Shown here: positions 57,534 through 64,000 of the stretch, one piece after another
How positions within the stretch are numbered: position 1 is the first letter of the stretch
Layout of the letters: each line of letters begins with the position of its first letter
Assembly (NCBI RefSeq): GCF_016433145.1
Contig: NC_058133.1
Location: 257,983,264 to 258,047,263 of the forward strand
DNA length: 64,000 nucleotides
Source of the DNA: Gracilinanus agilis
Taxonomy: Eukaryota
Direction: 5' to 3'
The notes under the pieces: generated by a model
The model's input: only the letters and a program-made list of their open reading frames with translations
The model's database searches: none
What the model was told of the DNA's origin: nothing
Made by a program: the position numbers and the translations under genes

Positions 57534-60500
57534 ATCTAATTCATGACTTAGATTCCCATTAAGCACATAATAGATATTTAATATTTAATTGATTTTGTTG
57601 ACATTGATCCTTCACAATTACCTTTTGAAAGGTGACAAGGGTAGGTGCCATTATTTCACTTTTATAGATGAAGAAAATGAGGCTCAGAGACTTGGGTGAG
57701 TCATAGTCACCCAAAGGAATATGGCTAGTAAAATGTTGAAGCCAAGGCTCCAACCTCCTGACTCCATGCCCAGTGATACTGACTCTGCTGCTCCACACTA
57801 CTTCTCTACTGCCATGGTATGGAGAGTTTCAAACTTTTTGCAAGGTGTCTTCTTGAACTTCTCCAGAAGTGACTTTTAGTGAGAACCAGACCCAAACTCA
57901 AATCACTGAGGAGATAAACAAAGGAAATGAGAACACTGAAGCGAGAGAAAAACAATTGCTTTTTATTTCCTTCAAAAACACAACCAAAAAAACCCACCCA
58001 AAATCCCCAAACCCACAAATGTGTTTCCTTCCTTCCCCTCTCTGAAGTATAGCATGAGAGTCAAGTGCTGGGTAGAAGACTGGACACATGGAAGGCAACT
58101 CTCTCTCTGTAGGAGTGTGGCCCCAGTGTGGACTGGAAGAGTTATTTTGTGCCAAGGGCATAAATCCTACTTTCAAAAATGAATGAATTCTGCAGGAAAA
58201 GGAAAGCAAGAAAAGTGCTGATTGGCTGTGTTTTGCTACATCCAGTCCAAAGTTTTCTTGTGCTGGGATTGGGTCAGGACAGAGAATCCAGTCAATATTC
58301 TGGACTGAACCCTGCCAGTAGACTTACTTGGGCTTGAAGCAACAGTCCTGTTTCCTTTGACTCAGGGGAAGAGAAAAGATTGTTCAGGGAAGCCCAGATT
58401 TGAAAATAGCAGTGGAGTCAGAAGATGGAGAGATGGTGCCAAAAAAAAAATTACCTGCATATTCTCCAGGTTAATACTGACCCCTTCTGCAAATATGAGA
58501 GCTGGAGGGGATCTAGGCAGAATTGGAGAGCTAGAAGGGACCACAGAGGCCATCAGTTCCAATCTGTAACTTTGTAAAAATCTGCTTTACAACATACCCC
58601 AAAGTGGTTATTCAACTGGAGATAGTGGAAGGGCACTCATTAACTCCCAAAGTATATCATTATACATTTGCATAGCTTCAATGATTAAGAAGTTTTTTCT
58701 TACAGAGGAGAGATCCTGGACCTGTGAATGCAATACTAAACCCAATACCAGCCATCATCAAAGATCACCAGCTATCAAGTGTCCAGGGCAGAAAGCGATG
58801 ACATAATCATATACATAGTCCTGAACATTAAGCTTTTCTTAAGTTCTCCCAAGTTTGTGTTACCATTAGGGGGTACTATATCATTTTGGTGACTCATATT
58901 AGGTTTTTAGTCCTCTAAGGCTCCCAGATCTTTTTCAGATTACTAACCACAAAATAATCTACTACAACTCCCTCATTTTACATAAAAAGAAACTGAGGGC
59001 CAGAAAAGAAAATGATTTGTCCAGGTGATTTTTATTAATGTAGTGGTAGATGCAACTGGGATCCTAATTCTTCCTATCCATCAGTCTCCCTCATTTAAAT
59101 TAAAAAAATTAAAATCCTTACCTTCTGCTTTAGAACCAATGCTAAGTATCAGTTCCAAGGCAGAACAGTAAGGGCTAAGCAATGGGAGTTAAGTGACTTG
59201 CTCAAGGCCACATAGCTAGGAAGTATCTGGGGTCAGATTTGAACCCAGGACTCCCATTTGTAGCTCAGGCACTCCATCCACTGAGCCACCTACCTACCTA
59301 CATTTCCCTCATTTTGGAGTTATTCCAATGGATTGGTGCTTCTTGAAATTCGTATGTGCTTGTGCATGTGAATAAAGACATGAAAGAAACAGAAAAATAG
59401 AAAAGTACTACTCAAAATCACCTTCAAGTCTTTTCAGATGAAAAAAGCATTTTGCAATCCAACCCTAGTTTAGGTAAAAGGTGAATGTTAAAACAAATCA
59501 AATAATCAATTGATGGGCATTTATTGAACACCTACTATAAACAACACATCAAAAACGTGAACAAGTTAGAAAAAATCTATTTAAAATGTTTCCAAAGAGT
59601 CAACATATATTGTATGGTTGATGCCCTTAAGGTAGGTGCTATAATCTCCATTTTATAGACGAGGAAACCGAGGCAGAGAGAAGTTAAATGATCTTTCTGG
59701 CGTCACACAATTAGTAAGTATCTAAGGTAGGATCTGAATTCAGGTCTACTTGGCTCCAAGTCCAAAGCTTTATTCATCACACCCACCTAAAAGCTTGAGT
59801 TCTCCTATCTCTTATAATCTCTCTCTCTCTCTCTCCTTACATATACATGAATACATGCATACAAATAAGTAAATACAAGGTATGTAGAGGTTGAGCACAA
59901 AATTATTTCAGGAAGTGGTGAATACTAAAAATTGGCTGAACCAGGAAAAGGAATCATCTCATCTAGGGAAGAAATAGTTCCGAATTGTTTGATGAAAGCA
60001 TTTTGGAGAGCAATAAATGCTCCCTACTCACTTCTTTGAACCTTGCTCCTGCATGTAAACATTTTAGATTGAGACAGGCATAAATCATCTAGTGACAAAA
60101 TACTGAAAGGCAGTGAAAGCCCTTGTCCACTCATGTCTATCCATTTCCCCTCACGGCTGTGCCTCTGATTTTCTTAACATTTTCACCTTGATTCAACTGC
60201 TTTCTTTTCCTAGGACTTCCCTCAGTGCCTGGGACCTTCTCACCCTGGAACATCCCTCCATCATGCTGGCCCTCTTTTTCCATTAGTGAGTTGTTCCATT
60301 CCCTTCCTGGTTGTGTCTCTGATTCTCTGGACTTTGCCACCATGCTCCAGCAGTTGGGTTCCTCTTTACCCCTACCCCCTCACTTTTTAAGTTCATTTTT
60401 TTGTGTTGCTTTCCCTTATTAAAATATAAATTCATCAAGGAAAGAAATTATCTTTCTTTTTGCTTGCATTTTAATCTAAGCACTCAATATAGTTCCTGGC

Positions 60501-63500
60501 ACACAGTAAACATTTAATAATTTCTTCTTGTTTGCCTGTCTTGTGAAAATAATGTTTGAAGAAATGCATTCTCCCAATCTATTTGTACTGTTTTAGTAGA
60601 ACCTATCCTCCAGTTTATAAAATCTAAAGGCAGTAATAGACCTTTATTGATTGCTGGCTAGTTCTTCTGCCCATGAGAACTGAAGCAAGGATGGAATTCA
60701 GGGTACCTCCTGCAATCTCTATAATATCCACAATTCTTGCCTGCATCATTTGAATTACTCTGCTATAGAAAAGGTAAAGATTAAGTGGCCTTGCTTGGAC
60801 TTAAGAGAAGTGACAAGAGGATAGTGTCACCTGGGCATACCAAGTCTGAGAAATCCCCTCAGAGGACCATCTCTGCACCTTATTCATCCTCTTGCTTAAA
60901 GATCACATCACTTGATATCCCCAGACTCTTTCCAATGACAGACATGGCTGTGTCCTTTTCCTTTTCTATATTAATTAGTTTGTTTGTTACATTAAAATTC
61001 CCGGGCATCTCCCATTCTCCTTCTCCTCTCTGCATTAGAGAAAGTATCATTTGGCAAAAAGATATATTTATATATAAAACAAGGTCTTGCTTGTTTCTGT
61101 TTATCAGTTCTGTCTCAGGAGATGGACATTCACAATTATTCTTCAAAAATATTTCTGTTGTTGTATATAAAGTTCTGTAATGATTAAAAATGATAAAGGT
61201 TGATATTATAAGAGAAAATAATATTTTAATTGCCATGGCCATGTTGATAAAAAAAACATATGTAAGACCATGCACCTGGTAAAAGCTATTCAAAAAATAC
61301 CGCCAGTGCCCATCTTGTCTATGTAGCCAAAGAGGTCATCTCAAGCCCGACCTGCGAATAAGCTGAGCTGCCCTCTACGTTGGTTCCTGTTCTCTGACAT
61401 CATCCCGTCAGAAATCGGAAACCCATTGGATCATGGAAAATGTAGTCCCAAAGTCCCCCACATGTCCACAGGAAGTTTGTCAAACACTACATATCTTGAG
61501 GCTCAATATTTCCAAATAGAACGCCAAGTGATTTTAACTAACACATTACCCCACTGAGATCCAGTGAAAAAGACTGGTCTTTTTTGGTGGATCTTAAACC
61601 AAAAGAAAAGAGGATAAAAGCTAGCCACATTGACAAAAAGCCAATTTGGGGCAGTCCCCTATTGGCATAAGAGTATACATTCAAATGGGAGATAAGTCTC
61701 CCCAATGGATCATGAAAACATAATCAAATTAGAGTTTACAATAATTTAGAGATAAAAGGGAAATAAAAGGGAGAAAGAACAAAACCAATGTTTGGTGCAT
61801 TGACAAAAGCCATTTAGGAGGCAGTCCCCTTTTCTGGCATAAAGTGTCCATTCAAAATAAATGCATTCAACTCATTCAACCCCCATAGTTCAAATCAACT
61901 GCACCCCAAAGTTCATATTTGGATCATCATGATCCAGTGAAGGCTCTTCAGGCATCTTCATGGTGTGGGGAGATGGCACAATCCTTATCCTGAAATTACT
62001 CTCAAAGAATTTAAACTTTACATAATAGATTATAAAATATACAATTTCTTCTGAGAATCACACATTACCACCCTGAGATTACTCCTAAAGGAGTAAAAAT
62101 TAACTTGCATTATAGATTATAATTCAGACATTATGATTATAAAAACTTAACACACACCCCACTGAGGAAAATTTTAAATAATACATTTCTCAGTTAAGGG
62201 TGTATGACTGAGTTGCGGGGTTGTATGGAATCAATTGGCAAAAGAAATTAAAAAAAATAAAAAGAATAATAGGCCCTTGAATCAAGGCCCAATTAATTCT
62301 CCTGGAAAACAGGGATTTTTTTCATTCTTTGTCTTTGTATCCCCGGAACCCAACACAGTGCCTGGCAAAGAGTAGATACTTAAATTCTTATTGATTGATT
62401 CATTGATCTTAACCATAATTACTGCAGAATGAAGTCTGGCATATTTCATGACAAAGTTTCCCAACTTTTTTTGGGGTTTCTGCCTCCCTGCTCTACCTAT
62501 CTGATTGGCAGTTGACAAATCCTTACATCCTAATCCACCCTACCCCAGAGTTAGAATTAGCTCAAATCATCTGATTTTTAAATCTGATTATTTTTAATCT
62601 GATTGTTAAATTTTCATTTTGAGCTTTTGCAGCTTGGATATTGGCAAACATTCCAAATCAGGGTTTGATTGATTTTTGTCTTGATTGTCTAGACCTAATA
62701 AAATTATGGAGAAATTGTAAATAATGCAGATTAAACTTAAAAATGTGTTCTGAGTTCTCAGAAAGGTGTTAAATAGCATACCATTGATACCATCTTTTTT
62801 ATGTTTCCCATTCAACTAGTTTCCAATCACAAAATCCAGTCATAATGATCCTGGACAGCAGATCTTTTTTGCTCTAAAAAATACCTTTTCTCTTTTTCCA
62901 TGCAGGACAAATGTTTCTGTAAAGTAAATGATAAAGAAACTATTCTCTCAGGTCAGAAATTCTCATATAAAATGAAGCATCTAAATACAATTTAGTGAAT
63001 TTCCATTTGGCTTGTTCCCATCCAGAACATCTGTGAGTTTCCATTATGTTCCATTATGAACATATGTGATTTTCCACTATGTGGTGTAACTAGGACAAAG
63101 CGATCAGGGTTTTGACCCTGGGTGTCTTTAGTTAAGGGGAATGACTACCTACAGTGTTCCTCACCTATTACATGTTCTCTATCCAAAAGTTAGAGGATCT
63201 AGGATTTGTTGCCTGTTCCAAAGGGGTATAGGACAGATCTCCAGGGGGAATGATTATTTAACAACCATGGATATTTTACATGAAAGCCATTTGTGGGGCA
63301 GCCATGGGGTAAGTAAGGGGGTTTACTAGCTATTTTTTATTAAAGGGGATGGGATCCACAGAGCTTCCTACATTTCAAATGAGTTTCTTCCTATTCCAGT
63401 GCCACTCCCTGGTCTTGTATCCTGAGATTTGAGGTTTATTCTCAATGCCTTTCCCCATCCCCACCCCTGGCTGTCCCCCAGGCACTGGAATTGGAATATT

Positions 63501-64000
63501 AACTCTGCCATAGGTACCACATAATAGGATAATTACATTTAACCAAAAGAGCTTTATTTTCCATCTATTACAAGTTGAAATCAGAGCTGATAGAAAATAA
63601 TCACCAATGTTAGTGGTATATCTGTACTCAGAGAACCAAAGAACTTTAGGCACTCATGCTTATTCTCTGTTATAGTTTTTTTCTTCCTCTTAGTTGACTA
63701 ACTTCTATGTGCTATAATCTTCCTTAAGGTTCCACTTGCACATCTCTGCTTCTCCCAGCAGGTGACACTGATGGACCTTTCTTCTACCATGGACTCTGGG
63801 CCACTATGAAAGAGGAAAGCCCATCAGGACATCCCAATCATGGAAGGGGCACAGTTCTGTTTTATAGTTGGAATGCAGTGCCAGACAAGTTTGTCCCGAC
63901 TCTGACACCTTTCTCATGCCATTGAATGGCTCTGCTAACCTCTGGCCTCATTTAAAAATTCACTCGGGTGTCAGGAACACCTTCTGTTCCTTTCATATTT

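Noticed and set aside
57806-58209. Strong-looking acceptors at about 57907 (minus) and 58111 (plus)
   Set aside because: Translations resemble no known domain and no flanking exons were found. A non-coding transcript cannot be excluded.
1-64000. CRISPR arrays, rRNA, tRNA, prokaryotic operons or defence systems
   Set aside because: The DNA is clearly eukaryotic with spliced genes. tRNA-like box A/B motifs belong to SINE heads, and the recurring repeats are dispersed SINEs, not repeat-spacer arrays.

Overview
Mammalian genomic DNA, AT-rich and CpG-poor. It is marsupial, most likely the opossum Monodelphis or another didelphid, judged from a near-pristine SINE1_MD-type SINE and many MAR1-type CORE-SINEs. 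The window is part of the MHC at the butyrophilin/class II junction and holds three multi-exon genes that I could splice in frame by hand. (1) A minus-strand butyrophilin-family gene (leader-IgV-IgC-TM-linker-B30.2, CDS 24271 to 8517, about 523 aa). (2) A minus-strand MHC class II beta gene (CDS 42780 to about 32860). (3) A plus-strand class II alpha gene (CDS 45700 to about 50100). The alpha and beta genes are head-to-head, 2.9 kb apart, each with its own X-Y promoter. The alpha chain is HLA-DPA-like, and by elimination the pair is probably the marsupial DC family. The rest is LINE-1 fragments, solo LTRs, SINEs, hAT MITEs, microsatellites and a 400-N assembly gap. There are no prokaryotic features. 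The most notable observations are the DP-like arrangement, loss of both partners of the alpha76-beta57 salt bridge, unusual cytoplasmic tails on both class II chains, a B30.2-bearing butyrophilin where human has BTNL2, and a hAT1-like transposon. All alignments to human proteins were made by eye from memory and need computational confirmation.
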